54,971 bases of DNA from a virus (IMGVR_UViG_3300024999_000135:1-54971), one strand, 5' to 3'. Counted from the first letter of the stretch, positions 1 to 10,100 are shown. Notes: generated by a model not told the origin, from the letters alone. Program-made: numbers and translations.

Positions 1-704
1 AAAGAATGTTAACGGAAGTGTACCCAAATGGAATGTTTTCATATGTTAGCGATAGTTGGGACTTATGGCATGTGTTAACTAATTATCTACCAAAATTAAA
101 AAATATTATTATGAATAGAGATGGTAAGATCGTAATTCGCCCTGATTCTGGTGATCCAGTTAAGATTATTTGTGGTGATTCTGAATCAAGTAATGAAAAT
201 GAACGTAAGGGTGTAGTAGAAATTTTATGGGATATTTTTGGTGGAACAGTCACAGATAAAGGATACAAAGTTTTAGATTCCCATATTGGTTGTATTTATG
301 GCGATGCAATAACCATTGAAAGATGTAAGGAAATTTGTGAACAATTAATGAAAAAAGGATTTGCTTCTACAAATATGGTTTATGGTATTGGTAGTTTTAC
401 TTATCAATACAATACTCGTGATACTTTTGGTTTTGCTTTAAAATCCACATTTGCACAAATTGATAGAGAAGAAAAACAATTATTCAAAGACCCTGTAACA
501 GATAGTGGAATTAAAAAGTCACAAAAAGGTATGGTTGTAATTAGCAATATTAATGAAAAAATTGAATATATTGATGAATTAAATGAAAATGGAAGAAAAT
601 ATTATGAAAATATTGATATTCTTGAAAATGTATTTGTTGATGGAAAATTATTAAGAGATGAAAGTTTAACAGAAATTAGAGAAAGAGTGTTAAGCAATAT
701 GTAA
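1..704 (+). CDS. nadV: Nicotinamide phosphoribosyltransferase (Nampt/NadV), C-terminal part; 5' end lies outside the window
   Basis: Motifs SYVSDSWD, VIRPDSGDP, GCIYGDAIT, GIGS...TRDTFGFALK and KDPVTDSGIKKSQKG; frame is open to the window edge. Confidence 0.9.
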   Translation, partial: RMLTEVYPNGMFSYVSDSWDLWHVLTNYLPKLKNIIMNRDGKIVIRPDSGDPVKIICGDSESSNENERKGVVEILWDIFGGTVTDKGYKVLDSHIGCIYGDAITIERCKEICEQLMKKGFASTNMVYGIGSFTYQYNTRDTFGFALKSTFAQIDREEKQLFKDPVTDSGIKKSQKGMVVISNINEKIEYIDELNENGRKYYENIDILENVFVDGKLLRDESLTEIRERVLSNM

Positions 705-717
705 AATATTAATAAGC

Positions 718-764
718 ATACTATATGTAGTAATATGAAAATAAATATTTACTACATATAGTAA
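718..764. promoter_or_regulatory. Tandem NrdR-box-like pair
   Basis: CTATATGTAG (721) and CTACATATAG (752), 31 nt apart; resembles the NrdR consensus acaCwAtATaTwGtgt. Confidence 0.6.
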
Positions 765-769
765 TAAAA

Positions 770-797
770 TCATGATAAAAGGAATCTTTGGTAGTAA
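770..797. repeat. dif-like 11-6-11 core site
   Basis: tcatgataaaa ggaatc tttggtagtaa. Confidence 0.6.
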
Positions 798-835
798 TTA
801 TAATAAAAAATAAATATAAAAAGGAGAAATGAATT

Positions 836-1459
836 ATGAATAAAAATTTAACTGAGATTGTCTTCATCCTTGATCGTTCAGGATCAATGGGACATTTAAC
901 TGATGACACAATAGGAGGATTTAATACTTTTATTGAAAATCAAAAGAAAGAAGATGGCGAAGCAATCTTAACAACTGTATTATTTGATCATCATTATGAA
1001 TTATTATATGATGGAATTAATCTTAAAGATGTTAATCCATTAACTAATAAAGAATACTTTGCTAGAGGTACGACAGCATTGCTAGATGCTATTGGGAAAA
1101 CTATTAATACTATTGGTAATAGATTAAATAATACTAAAGAAGAAGATAAACCTTCTAAAGTGATTATAGTTATTACTACTGATGGAGCAGAAAATGCAAG
1201 TATGGAATTTACACAACCTCAAATTAAAGAAATGATTGAACATCAAACTAATAAATATGACTGGCAATTTATGTTTTTAGGAGCAAATATTGATGCGGTA
1301 TCTACAGCACAAAGTTTTGGTATTAGTGGTCAATTTGCTGCTAATTATACTGCAAGTTCTGTAGGTACAGATGCACTTTATTCTACTTTGAGTAAATCAG
1401 TTTCTTGTGTCAGAGGTATGGGAGTATTAGAAGATAATTGGAAAGATGATTTGAAATAG
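836..1459 (+). CDS. von Willebrand factor type A (vWA) domain protein
   Basis: MIDAS motif DRSGSM, TALLDAIG, ITTDGAEN, FLGAN; good RBS. Confidence 0.9.
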   Translation: MNKNLTEIVFILDRSGSMGHLTDDTIGGFNTFIENQKKEDGEAILTTVLFDHHYELLYDGINLKDVNPLTNKEYFARGTTALLDAIGKTINTIGNRLNNTKEEDKPSKVIIVITTDGAENASMEFTQPQIKEMIEHQTNKYDWQFMFLGANIDAVSTAQSFGISGQFAANYTASSVGTDALYSTLSKSVSCVRGMGVLEDNWKDDLK

Positions 1460-1471
1460 GTTTGATTGATT

Positions 1472-1550
1472 GTACTACATATAGTGTTAATATATAATAT
1501 AATGCTATATGTAGTATGTAAATTTAGATCGAAAATATATTTGTTATTAA
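1472..1550. promoter_or_regulatory. Tandem NrdR-box-like pair followed by a dif-like core site
   Basis: CTACATATAG (1475), CTATATGTAG (1505); core tttagatcgaa aatata tttgttattaa at 1523-1550. Confidence 0.55.
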
Positions 1551-1581
1551 ATATAAAACTAATAAAAAGGAGAGAATAATC

Positions 1582-2136
1582 ATGGAAAATATTTTTAGAT
1601 GTTCTATTTGTAAAAAAGAATATAGTGGATATGATGCAGAAAAAGATTGTTTAAATGATGAAATCAATTGTCTTAATTTAAAAAGTAAATTAGATGAAAT
1701 TGTTAAAGAGTCTATTAAAATATTAACTGAAAAGTATGAAGTAAAAATAATTGAAGAAAAACATAATGTTCAAGCAAGTTCTAGTAATCATGGACAAGAC
1801 TATGAAATTTATGAATATTTTAATGGTGTAGCAGAATATAAAGGAAATATTTTTAAATTTTATACGAGTAGTGATAGTGTTGGAGATGGAAGATGTGAAC
1901 CTACATTAAATTCAGTTGAAACATTAGTAAATAATTTTATATATAAATATTTAAGAGAAAAAGAAATTGAATCTAACGAAATCATTGGTGTAGTAGAATT
2001 TTATGAAAGTGATGAAATAGATGAGAGCAATGAATATCATTATTATGATAAAGGATATAAGATTGGAAATCAAAATGTAGAAAATTTAATGTATGATTTA
2101 CGAGGGAAGAAAATTAGGATTGAAGTAATTGAGTAA
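1582..2136 (+). CDS. Hypothetical protein with N-terminal CxxC
   Basis: ORF with AGGAG RBS. Confidence 0.7.
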   Translation: MENIFRCSICKKEYSGYDAEKDCLNDEINCLNLKSKLDEIVKESIKILTEKYEVKIIEEKHNVQASSSNHGQDYEIYEYFNGVAEYKGNIFKFYTSSDSVGDGRCEPTLNSVETLVNNFIYKYLREKEIESNEIIGVVEFYESDEIDESNEYHYYDKGYKIGNQNVENLMYDLRGKKIRIEVIE

Positions 2137-2155
2137 AATTTTGCTTTTGTGATGA
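2128..2155. repeat. dif-like core site overlapping the stop codon
   Basis: attgagtaaaa ttttgc ttttgtgatga. Confidence 0.5.
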
Positions 2156-2177
2156 TTTAAGAAAGGAGTAATATTAT

Positions 2178-2360
2178 ATGATAACCATCAAGGGTAAGGC
2201 TTCGATTAATTACATAGTAAATATACCTGTTAATTCTTTCTCAGAAATTGAAGAAGATAATATGTCTATAAAAGATTCAGACGAAATGATAGGACAATTA
2301 ATATTAAAAAAATATGGGTTTATGCCAGATGATATTTGGGTAGATAAAGAAGTAAAATAA
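2178..2360 (+). CDS. Small hypothetical protein
   Basis: AAGGAG RBS; bracketed by core sites at 2128 and 2360. Confidence 0.65.
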   Translation: MITIKGKASINYIVNIPVNSFSEIEEDNMSIKDSDEMIGQLILKKYGFMPDDIWVDKEVK

Positions 2361-2405
2361 TTTAATAAATCACACATTTTATATAGATGTATTAAGGAGA
2401 TAATT

Positions 2406-2495
2406 ATGGAAGAATTTAAAGATATTTGTACAATTATATTTATTTGTTGGATTGTAGGATTAATATTTTTAAAATTAAATGGCATTATTAAATAG
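2406..2495 (+). CDS. 29-aa putative membrane peptide (MEEFKDICTIIFICWIVGLIFLKLNGIIK)
   Basis: AAGGAG RBS and hydrophobic stretch; below the ORF-track cutoff. Confidence 0.55.
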   Translation: MEEFKDICTIIFICWIVGLIFLKLNGIIK

Positions 2496-2512
2496 TAGAA
2501 AGGAATTTAAAT

Positions 2513-2797
2513 ATGAAACTTACAGAAGGTAAAATGGTTAAAGGTGGTCTAAATGATTCACCTAAAACTACTAGACCAGAAAATAAACCATCAGCACAAG
2601 GTATAAATAAAAATATGAAAACTTATATATGTTTTTATAATGAAGAATATATAATGAATCATTGTGTAAAAATTCAAGCACTAGATTATAATGATGCTGA
2701 AAATAAGTTTAGAAAACATTTAATAGAAAATGAAGTTGAATATATTGATAATGATAAATTGTATATTGAAGATATAGAGGAGATAGAAAGGATATAA
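2513..2797 (+). CDS. Hypothetical protein
   Basis: ORF with RBS. Confidence 0.65.
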   Translation: MKLTEGKMVKGGLNDSPKTTRPENKPSAQGINKNMKTYICFYNEEYIMNHCVKIQALDYNDAENKFRKHLIENEVEYIDNDKLYIEDIEEIERI

Positions 2798-2799
2798 TA

Positions 2800-3234
2800 A
2801 TGAAATTTAAAAGTAAAACACTATTAATTGATGAAGATGAAAACAATAAAATAAGAGCATGTTATCATAATTATGCAAGAATGAGTATATTAGAATTTAT
2901 GTATAGTGAATTATTTATATGGAAGAGTGTGCAAAGAAATATTATTTATGCTTTTAAAGAAATCATAGAACCAATTAAAGAAATATCTTGGTTTGTATTT
3001 AATATTATTACATTACCAGTATTACCTATTATATTATATTTTCATGCTAAAAAAGAAATAGGAAAAGCAAAGAATGAAGTGTGGGAGAATAAATGTTATA
3101 ATTGTAAATATAGAAAAAACATTCCTTTAATAAAAGGTAGAATTGAAGATATTATAGGAATAGACGAATGTATAAAGTGTAAATTAGTTGATGGGATGCC
3201 TACTGAATTTGTAGAAGATTTAATAGATAGTTAA
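2800..3234 (+). CDS. Hypothetical protein, one likely TM segment and C-terminal CxxC pairs
   Basis: Coupled to the upstream ORF; GAGGAG RBS. Confidence 0.65.
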   Translation: MKFKSKTLLIDEDENNKIRACYHNYARMSILEFMYSELFIWKSVQRNIIYAFKEIIEPIKEISWFVFNIITLPVLPIILYFHAKKEIGKAKNEVWENKCYNCKYRKNIPLIKGRIEDIIGIDECIKCKLVDGMPTEFVEDLIDS

Positions 3235-3267
3235 AATAAAAAATTAGATTTGTTACGATTTTGGGTA

Positions 3268-3296
3268 TTGACAGAATGTAAAAATAATTATATAAT
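3268..3296 (+). promoter_or_regulatory. SigA-type promoter
   Basis: TTGACA-17 nt-TATAAT. Confidence 0.85.
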
Positions 3297-3316
3297 ATGA
3301 GAGGAGAAAAATAAAT

Positions 3317-4621
3317 ATGAGTTATAATGCATACATAGTTAAAGTTAAAAACATTAGAAAACACTCTAATGCAGACAGACTTCAAGTTGCTACAGTATTT
3401 GGCAATGATGTTATTGTAGGATTAGATGTTAATGAAAATGACTTGATGATTTACTTTCCTACAGATGGTCGGCTTAATGTAGAGTATTGCAGACAGAATA
3501 AACTTCTGAGAGAAAAGGATGAGCAAGGTAATAATATTGGTGGTTATATGGATGAATCAAAATGTCACGTAACTACAATAAAATTAAGAAATGAACGCTC
3601 TGATGGATTATTAATGCCTATAAGAAGTTTAGAAAAATTCACCGATATTAACACTCTAAAAGAAGGAGATATAATCACTACTCTTAATGGAATATTAATA
3701 TGTGAAAAATATATTCCAAGAGGAAAGAATAGAAATAAAGTAGAAGGTACGCCTAAAGATAAGAAAAAGAAGAAAACTGATACAATATCTTACCCTTTCT
3801 TTGAAGAGCATAGAGATACATCACAATTGGCATATAATACAGCACAATTTAAAGAAGGTGATTTGTGTATTATTAGTTTGAAATGCCACGGGACATCAGG
3901 CAGGTCAAGTCATACTATAAAAGAAAAGAAAAAATTGCTTCCATATTGGCTGTATAAAGCACTAAAAATTATTAAAATAAATATACCAAATAAAAAGACA
4001 TGGGATTATGTTACTGGCACAAGAAGAGTAGTGTTGAAAAACTATGATGGTGGATTTTATGGTAATGATAATTTTAGAAAAGAATGGCATAAATTTTTTG
4101 TTGATAAACTTCACAAAGGAGAAACTGCATATTATGAAATAGTTGGTTATGTAAATGAAAATACAACTATTATGCCAGAATGTAATAATAAGAAAACAAA
4201 AGATAAAGAATTTATTAAACAATATGGTGAAACTACTAAATTTACATATGGATGTGGTGTAGGGCAGAATGATATTTATGTTTATAGAATGACTAAAACT
4301 GATGAAGATGGTAAAGTGGTAGAGTATTCAACAAAATATACTCAAATTAGATGTGAACAAATGGGAGTAAAATTTGTACCAGTGTTTGATAAATTCATAT
4401 TTACTACGGTTGATGATTTAATGGAAAGAGTTAATACATATGTTGATGGTACTGATCCTATTGGTAAGAATCACATTAAAGAAGGAATCGTTGTGAAAAT
4501 TGAAGATCGTGAGAAATTTACTGCATTTAAACACAAATCGTTTATGTTTAAACTTTTAGAAGGTATTATTAAAGCAGATGATATTATCGACATGGAGGAG
4601 AATGAATATATTGAAGCATAA
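3317..4621 (+). CDS. RNA ligase, Rnl2/DRB0094-like, with N-terminal OB-type domain
   Basis: N-terminal IRKHSNADRLQ; motif I LKCHGTS, YYEIVG, KEGIVVK, KHKS. Confidence 0.85.
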   Translation: MSYNAYIVKVKNIRKHSNADRLQVATVFGNDVIVGLDVNENDLMIYFPTDGRLNVEYCRQNKLLREKDEQGNNIGGYMDESKCHVTTIKLRNERSDGLLMPIRSLEKFTDINTLKEGDIITTLNGILICEKYIPRGKNRNKVEGTPKDKKKKKTDTISYPFFEEHRDTSQLAYNTAQFKEGDLCIISLKCHGTSGRSSHTIKEKKKLLPYWLYKALKIIKINIPNKKTWDYVTGTRRVVLKNYDGGFYGNDNFRKEWHKFFVDKLHKGETAYYEIVGYVNENTTIMPECNNKKTKDKEFIKQYGETTKFTYGCGVGQNDIYVYRMTKTDEDGKVVEYSTKYTQIRCEQMGVKFVPVFDKFIFTTVDDLMERVNTYVDGTDPIGKNHIKEGIVVKIEDREKFTAFKHKSFMFKLLEGIIKADDIIDMEENEYIEA

Positions 4622-5357
4622 ACAAATTGTTGATTATGAAATTATTATTTATGAAGATGAAATAATCGGTAAAGTATTTTCTAGCAAGTACGGAGAATAT
4701 AAAGTTCTTGGTGCAACTAATAAAAAAAATTATAGTAATATTTTATTTGCTTGTATTTTTATAAAAACAGGATATATAAATATATTTAAAAAACAATCAA
4801 TAATAAAAGGTAGTGTTAAAGACCCTTATTATCCTAGTATTTGCAATGTTGCATGTTATGGAATAGTTGAAAGTAATCATTTTTTATATCATAGATGGTC
4901 TGATATGATTCATAGATGTTACAATATTAATGATAAGGATTATGAATTTTATGGAAAATGTGGAGTTACAGTGTCAGATGAATGGTTATGCTTTGAGAAT
5001 TTCGTCAAAGATGCATCGTTGATAAAGGGATGGGATGAATATAAAGTTAAAAAAGGATTGTTAGAGTTAGATAAAGATAATGCTAATAAGAAAAAATATT
5101 GTTTAGAATATTGTGAATGGATACCTAGAAATAAAAATGTATATTTAGCTAATAAAAATCAAGTTAATAATCTAAGAACATTTATTGCTACAAATAAATT
5201 GAATGGTGAAGTTATTTATTCTAAAAGTATTACTCAATTTGCAAAAGACCATAAATTAGATAAGGGCAATATTTGTAAATGTTTAAAAAATAAATATAAA
5301 CAATATTTAGGTTGGGAATTTAAATACATAGAAGAAAAAGAAAGTAAATCTAATTAA
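4602..5357 (+). CDS. Putative HNH-type homing endonuclease with C-terminal NUMOD-like HTH
   Basis: LYHRWSDMIHRCY...YG..GVTVSDEWL.FENF, LELDKD, Y...CEW; GGAGGAG RBS before ATG at 4602; overlaps the ligase stop. Confidence 0.75.
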   Translation: MNILKHKQIVDYEIIIYEDEIIGKVFSSKYGEYKVLGATNKKNYSNILFACIFIKTGYINIFKKQSIIKGSVKDPYYPSICNVACYGIVESNHFLYHRWSDMIHRCYNINDKDYEFYGKCGVTVSDEWLCFENFVKDASLIKGWDEYKVKKGLLELDKDNANKKKYCLEYCEWIPRNKNVYLANKNQVNNLRTFIATNKLNGEVIYSKSITQFAKDHKLDKGNICKCLKNKYKQYLGWEFKYIEEKESKSN

Positions 5358-5443
5358 AACAATAAATTAATAATATAATTATACTTATATCTAATCATTT
5401 TTACATATTAGATATAAGTATAATATAAAAAAGGAGATTATAT

Positions 5444-5800
5444 ATGTGTGATTTAGATAAAAGATTCAAAGAAGTCCAAGAATTAAGAAATGAATTAAAT
5501 ATGTATCATACAGAATTGCAAAGTAATCTAAGTATTGTTGATAAAGAAATAGTAGATTTAGAACATTATATTGAATTTTATAATTTTAATGCATCTCAAG
5601 GATTTAAAGCATATAAAATGTTACAAGAAAAATTAATTAAAAGAAGAGAACTTAAAAAATCAATTGAAAAATGTAATATTATTTGGAACGGAAATATACG
5701 AGATTTTGCAATAGGAAAAAGTATAGATAAGCAAATGAAAAATATTGAAAATAAAAAATATACTGCAAGGATACTTAAAGAATTATTTGATAATCAATAA
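5444..5800 (+). CDS. Hypothetical coiled-coil phage protein
   Basis: ORF with RBS. Confidence 0.7.
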   Translation: MCDLDKRFKEVQELRNELNMYHTELQSNLSIVDKEIVDLEHYIEFYNFNASQGFKAYKMLQEKLIKRRELKKSIEKCNIIWNGNIRDFAIGKSIDKQMKNIENKKYTARILKELFDNQ

Positions 5801-5828
5801 GAGGAAGAAAGGAGAATTTTAAAATTAT

Positions 5829-6755
5829 ATGACTAAATTAATTTGCCTTGTAGGTTTACCAGCATCAGGTAAATCATATTACGCAAAGCAATTATCAGAA
5901 CAATACAATGCAAAAATATATTCATCAGATAATCTTAGAGAAGAATTATTTGGAGATGTAAATGAATGTAGCAGAAATGAAGAATTATTTAAAGAATTAT
6001 ACAAAAGGGTTAAAAATAGTTTATCTAATAAAGAAAATGTTATATTAGATTCAACTAATTTGTCATATAAGAAACGTAAAGCAATATTAGAAGAAATGAA
6101 AAAATATAATTGTGAGAATATATGTTATTTAATTGCAACACCTTATGAGAAATGTTTAGAACAAAATTTACATAGGGAAAGAAAAGTACCTGAATATGTA
6201 ATTAAGAAAATGTATATGAATATTAATATTCCTCAGACGTATGAGGGATGGAATGAAATACATATAATATATAATAAAGATAATATGATGTTTAATATAA
6301 GTGAATTATTAAATTCTTTAGATTTTATTAATCAAGATAATAAGTATCACACATTAACTATTGGTGAACATTGTAGAAAATGTGCTGATAATATTAAAAG
6401 TAAAATGTATTATAATAAAATAGTTAATGAAAATTCTGAAAATTTTTATTTAGCAGGTTTGCTTCATGATATAGGAAAACATTTTTGTAAATCATTTAAA
6501 AATAGTAAAGGTGAAATAACTGAAAATGCTACATATTATCAACATCATTTAGTATCTGCTTATGATAGTTTATTTTATTTGAAAGAATTAGGGATGAGTA
6601 AAGATGATATATTAGAAATTACAAATTTAATACAATGGCATATGAGATTATTTAATGAAACTGAAAAGAGTAGGAAGAAATTTATTGATATGGTCGGGCA
6701 AGAATTTTATAATGATCTATTATTGTTGCATGAAAGTGATATAAATGCAAAATAA
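5829..6755 (+). CDS. Polynucleotide kinase (AAA_33) fused to an HD phosphoesterase
   Basis: Walker A GLPASGKS, SSD.LR, DSTNL; HD motif LLHDIGK with HH, H and D residues. Confidence 0.9.
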   Translation: MTKLICLVGLPASGKSYYAKQLSEQYNAKIYSSDNLREELFGDVNECSRNEELFKELYKRVKNSLSNKENVILDSTNLSYKKRKAILEEMKKYNCENICYLIATPYEKCLEQNLHRERKVPEYVIKKMYMNINIPQTYEGWNEIHIIYNKDNMMFNISELLNSLDFINQDNKYHTLTIGEHCRKCADNIKSKMYYNKIVNENSENFYLAGLLHDIGKHFCKSFKNSKGEITENATYYQHHLVSAYDSLFYLKELGMSKDDILEITNLIQWHMRLFNETEKSRKKFIDMVGQEFYNDLLLLHESDINAK

Positions 6756-6758
6756 ATG

Positions 6759-6787
6759 TTGACAAGTAAGTAACAGAATGTTAAAAT
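6759..6787 (+). promoter_or_regulatory. SigA-type promoter with extended -10
   Basis: TTGACA-17 nt-TAAAAT with TG. Confidence 0.8.
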
Positions 6788-6820
6788 AATAATAATTAAT
6801 AAAGATGGGAGGAATCTTAA

Positions 6821-7866
6821 ATAAAAACAAACATATTTATACCAAAAACCATCAAAGTAGGTTTTCAAAATCGTTCTGATACATATACTCAAAAATTAGC
6901 CTACGTGATTTACTATGATCAAAAAGGTAAATTAAGGAAGGAAGTTAGCTGGAACGGCTGGAGGGACAAAAGTATTGAACCACAAGAATTCTCAAATGAA
7001 CCAACTTCAGGATTTGTATTAAATAAAAAGGTTGGTGATTATAAAAGTTCTTGGAGTCATCGACATGCTTACTGTAGAGTATATGACCCTCGCAATTTTG
7101 AGATAGAAATATCAATAGAAAATTTACTATATATTTTGGAAAATAATTCATCAATTAAAGGAAAAGGATTAGAAGGATTATTTGTTTATGGTTGGGATGA
7201 TAAGAATCTCATATTAATTCCTACAGATTCACCTGACTATAAAGAAATGATGGAACTTAATGATTTAAGACATGAAAAGAAGAAATTTGATAGTAAAAAT
7301 ATGATTATTGGAGCAACATACAAAACCGACCAAAATTATGAATTAATATATTTAGGTAGATTTTATGAAAGCAACGAAGATAATAAAGAAACTAAATCAT
7401 ATTTCTTCTATGATAGAGATAATAAATGGAGTAAGATTACTATTATTAAATCTCTAACAGGAAATATTATTGATGTAGTAAATGAAAATTGTGTTGAAGA
7501 CTATGCAGAATTAATGGATGAATTATTAAAAAGTAGTTATTATTCTACTAGAGAACAAAAATATGATGAATATAAAGATTATACATTAGAAGAATTTAAA
7601 AAGAGTTTAGATAAACGCAATGGATTTTATAGTAGTAGATATTATATAGAAATTAATGATAAATTAGAAAGATATTATATAAAAAGGAATATAGTTATTG
7701 GAGATATAATTCAGAAACTAAATATAGTGTATATACAATGAATAGAGGTCATAAAGATGAAAGAATTATTGATGAAAAATCAATAGAATATGTTTATAAT
7801 CAAATAAAACCAAAATATTTAGTAACTTATGATAAAAATAAAAATATAATAAAAGAGTGGAGGTAA
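6821..7866 (+). CDS. Conserved phage protein; probable ATA start at 6821 and apparent frameshift at the A-run 7681-7685
   Basis: GGGAGGA RBS 7 nt before an in-frame ATA; the alternative frame after 7681 reads ...KEYSYWRY...IIKEWR* to 7866, abutting the next gene. Confidence 0.65.
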
Positions 7867-7870
7867 TATT

Positions 7871-8287
7871 ATGTCAAAACAAAACATAAATGATGAGAAG
7901 ATTCTACAATTGAAAGCACAAATTAAGGAGAAGAAAGGTAAATTAAAAGGTAAAAAGAGATTTACACCTGTCACGAATTGTAGTTTAGAATTAAGAGGGA
8001 TTAGATATAATTTAAATGTATTAAATAAAGAACAATTAACTACATTATTATTAGAATTAAATTTGTTTAAAATGTCGGCAATTGATTTGGATTTAGAAGA
8101 TGAATACATTGTAAGTGGATTTAGCGTTGATGAATGGATTAAAGATATTAAGGCAAAGTTAGAAATTATAGTTATGATGGAAGAAGAAAGAAAATTGCAA
8201 GAATTGGAACAGAAATTGGAATATATGTTGTCTAATGAGAAGAGGATTGAATTAGAGATTAATGAGATAGAATCAATGATTAAATAA
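7871..8287 (+). CDS. Hypothetical protein
   Basis: GGAGG RBS; coupled to the upstream gene. Confidence 0.75.
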   Translation: MSKQNINDEKILQLKAQIKEKKGKLKGKKRFTPVTNCSLELRGIRYNLNVLNKEQLTTLLLELNLFKMSAIDLDLEDEYIVSGFSVDEWIKDIKAKLEIIVMMEEERKLQELEQKLEYMLSNEKRIELEINEIESMIK

Positions 8288-8306
8288 CATTAAAAGGAGA
8301 AAATAT

Positions 8307-8687
8307 ATGTCAACTAGAAAACAATTATATTCAGATGAATTTTATAAATTAGCATTTGCAAATTTCCCTACATCAGATAAACATAATAATTCTGAATATT
8401 ATATTCATTTAGAAATAATTAAAGGACAATATGATTCAGTAAATATTGCCGAAGAATTAGAAAAAACAATAAAAGGTAATTTCTATTATAGAGATTATAC
8501 AAAGGATGGATTACCTTTTGTTGAAGAAGGAAATATTTACTGGTCTGAATTTTGGTTTCAATATAAAAATGATGCAATTAACTTTGCAAATAGTTATAAA
8601 GGTGTTTGTAAAGGGAATTGGGAAGAAGGATATAAGGAATTTATGCTGGATTGCAATAGGAAGAGGAATAATGATTATAAATCATAA
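8307..8687 (+). CDS. Hypothetical protein
   Basis: AAGGAG RBS. Confidence 0.7.
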   Translation: MSTRKQLYSDEFYKLAFANFPTSDKHNNSEYYIHLEIIKGQYDSVNIAEELEKTIKGNFYYRDYTKDGLPFVEEGNIYWSEFWFQYKNDAINFANSYKGVCKGNWEEGYKEFMLDCNRKRNNDYKS

Positions 8688-8715
8688 AAATTAAGAATTA
8701 GAGAAAAATGTGTAT

Positions 8716-8783
8716 TCACAAACCCTTGATTTTATTGGGTTTGTGAAAACCAAAATCATTATAAAAGACGCATTTGGAAGCAA
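8716..8783. repeat. Composite element: ACAAACCCTT palindrome plus dif-like core
   Basis: cacaaacccttgattttattgggtttgtg, then tcattataaaa gacgca tttggaagcaa. Confidence 0.7.
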
Positions 8784-9010
8784 AATAAAAGGAGGAATAA
8801 TTGTATGGTAATGAAACCAGAAGAATTTGATAATTTGTATCTATCGTTTTTAAATGGCAATGAATTATCTAGAGAAGATGTTAAAAATTTATTTGATACT
8901 TTTGGAGAATTAATAAATGAATATAAAGAATTATTAGAAGGATGTAAGAGATTATCATCATGTAATTTATAATAATTAAAAATAAAAATAAAAAAATTAG
9001 GAGGAATAAT

Positions 9011-9889
9011 ATGATTATTTTAACGCATTCAGATTATGACGGGATTTCAGCAGGAATTGTAGGTAAAGTAGTATACCCTAATGCAAAAGTAGAATTCTGT
9101 AATTATGATGATATTAATGAAAAGGTATTAGAATACTTAGGTAAGGATACTATCATGATCACTGATATATCAGTTAATGAAGAAGTTGCAGAAAAGATTG
9201 AAAAGAATAATTCTGAATATAATGATTGTGCATTATTATTTGATCATCATAAAACTGCAAAATGGTTAACTAAATATAATTGGGTTACATTTGCAGATGA
9301 TAAATGTGGTGCTAAAGTATTTTATGAATGGTTATTAAATTATTGCATGGAATTAAAACTTGATTGGTTATCATACGAACTAACAAAATATGTTGATTTA
9401 ATTACATATACTCAAGATTATGACCTTTGGTATCATAAATATCCTATGAGTAAAAAGTTAAATATGCTTGCTTATGAATATGGATTTGAAAGATTTATGA
9501 ATAGATTTTTAGATAATCCAGATTGTACCTTAACTAAATCAGAAGAATTAATATTAGAATTAGCAGAAGAACGTAAAATGAAATTTATCGAAGAACAAAA
9601 GAAAAATATGAAATTGTATAAAGATAATCAGAATAAAACTGTTGCTGTATTTTTATCTACACAACATGCAGGAGAAATTAGAGATTTTATCAATGATGAT
9701 AATATTGATTATTATTTATTCTTTAGTTTAAATAAAGACATTGCTAGTTTAAGAACTAAAGGAGAAGTAGACTGTTCTGAGGTTGCGAAGAAGTTTGGAG
9801 GAGGCGGGCATATGAAAGCTGCTGGATTTCAATTTAAATTTGATTTAGATAGTTTTGTGAGGAAATATGGTTTGGTTGAAAGATTATAG
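9011..9889 (+). CDS. DHH/DHHA1 family phosphoesterase (NrnB/oligoribonuclease-like)
   Basis: HSDYDG, ITD, FDHH, SLR and GGGGHMKAAG motifs. Confidence 0.9.
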   Translation: MIILTHSDYDGISAGIVGKVVYPNAKVEFCNYDDINEKVLEYLGKDTIMITDISVNEEVAEKIEKNNSEYNDCALLFDHHKTAKWLTKYNWVTFADDKCGAKVFYEWLLNYCMELKLDWLSYELTKYVDLITYTQDYDLWYHKYPMSKKLNMLAYEYGFERFMNRFLDNPDCTLTKSEELILELAEERKMKFIEEQKKNMKLYKDNQNKTVAVFLSTQHAGEIRDFINDDNIDYYLFFSLNKDIASLRTKGEVDCSEVAKKFGGGGHMKAAGFQFKFDLDSFVRKYGLVERL

Positions 9890-9918
9890 TTGACATGGAG
9901 TAAAAAGAATGTTAAAAT
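9890..9918 (+). promoter_or_regulatory. SigA-type promoter
   Basis: TTGACA-17 nt-TAAAAT with TG. Confidence 0.75.
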
Positions 9919-9953
9919 AAATAAAAACAAAAATATTTAGAAAAATCCAATTT

Positions 9954-10020
9954 TACAAACCCTTGAAATATAAGGGTTTGTAGTACCTAATATTTGAACA
10001 AAATCACAGTTTGGTTATGA
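9954..10020. repeat. Composite element: palindrome plus dif-like core
   Basis: tacaaacccttgaaatataagggtttgta, then tttgaacaaaa tcacag tttggttatga. Confidence 0.7.
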
Positions 10021-10053
10021 TATTATAATAATATAAATAAATAACATTAGGAG

Positions 10054-10100
10054 AACTTGCAAGTTAACATAGGATAGCTATCCCTCCTAGACGTAGGAGG
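10054..10100 (+). promoter_or_regulatory. Structured leader; hairpin sequesters the RBS of the GIY-YIG gene
   Basis: aacttgcaagtt, ggatagctatcc and cctccta-gacg-taggagg. Confidence 0.65.

Noticed and set aside
3232-3259. Additional dif-like cores at about 3232, 35697 and 36215
   Set aside because: Arms too degenerate or spacer length wrong; not distinguishable from AT-rich background
5380-5422. Fourth NrdR-box pair
   Set aside because: The inverted repeat lacks the C...G box ends, has shorter spacing and no adjacent core; more likely a plain hairpin
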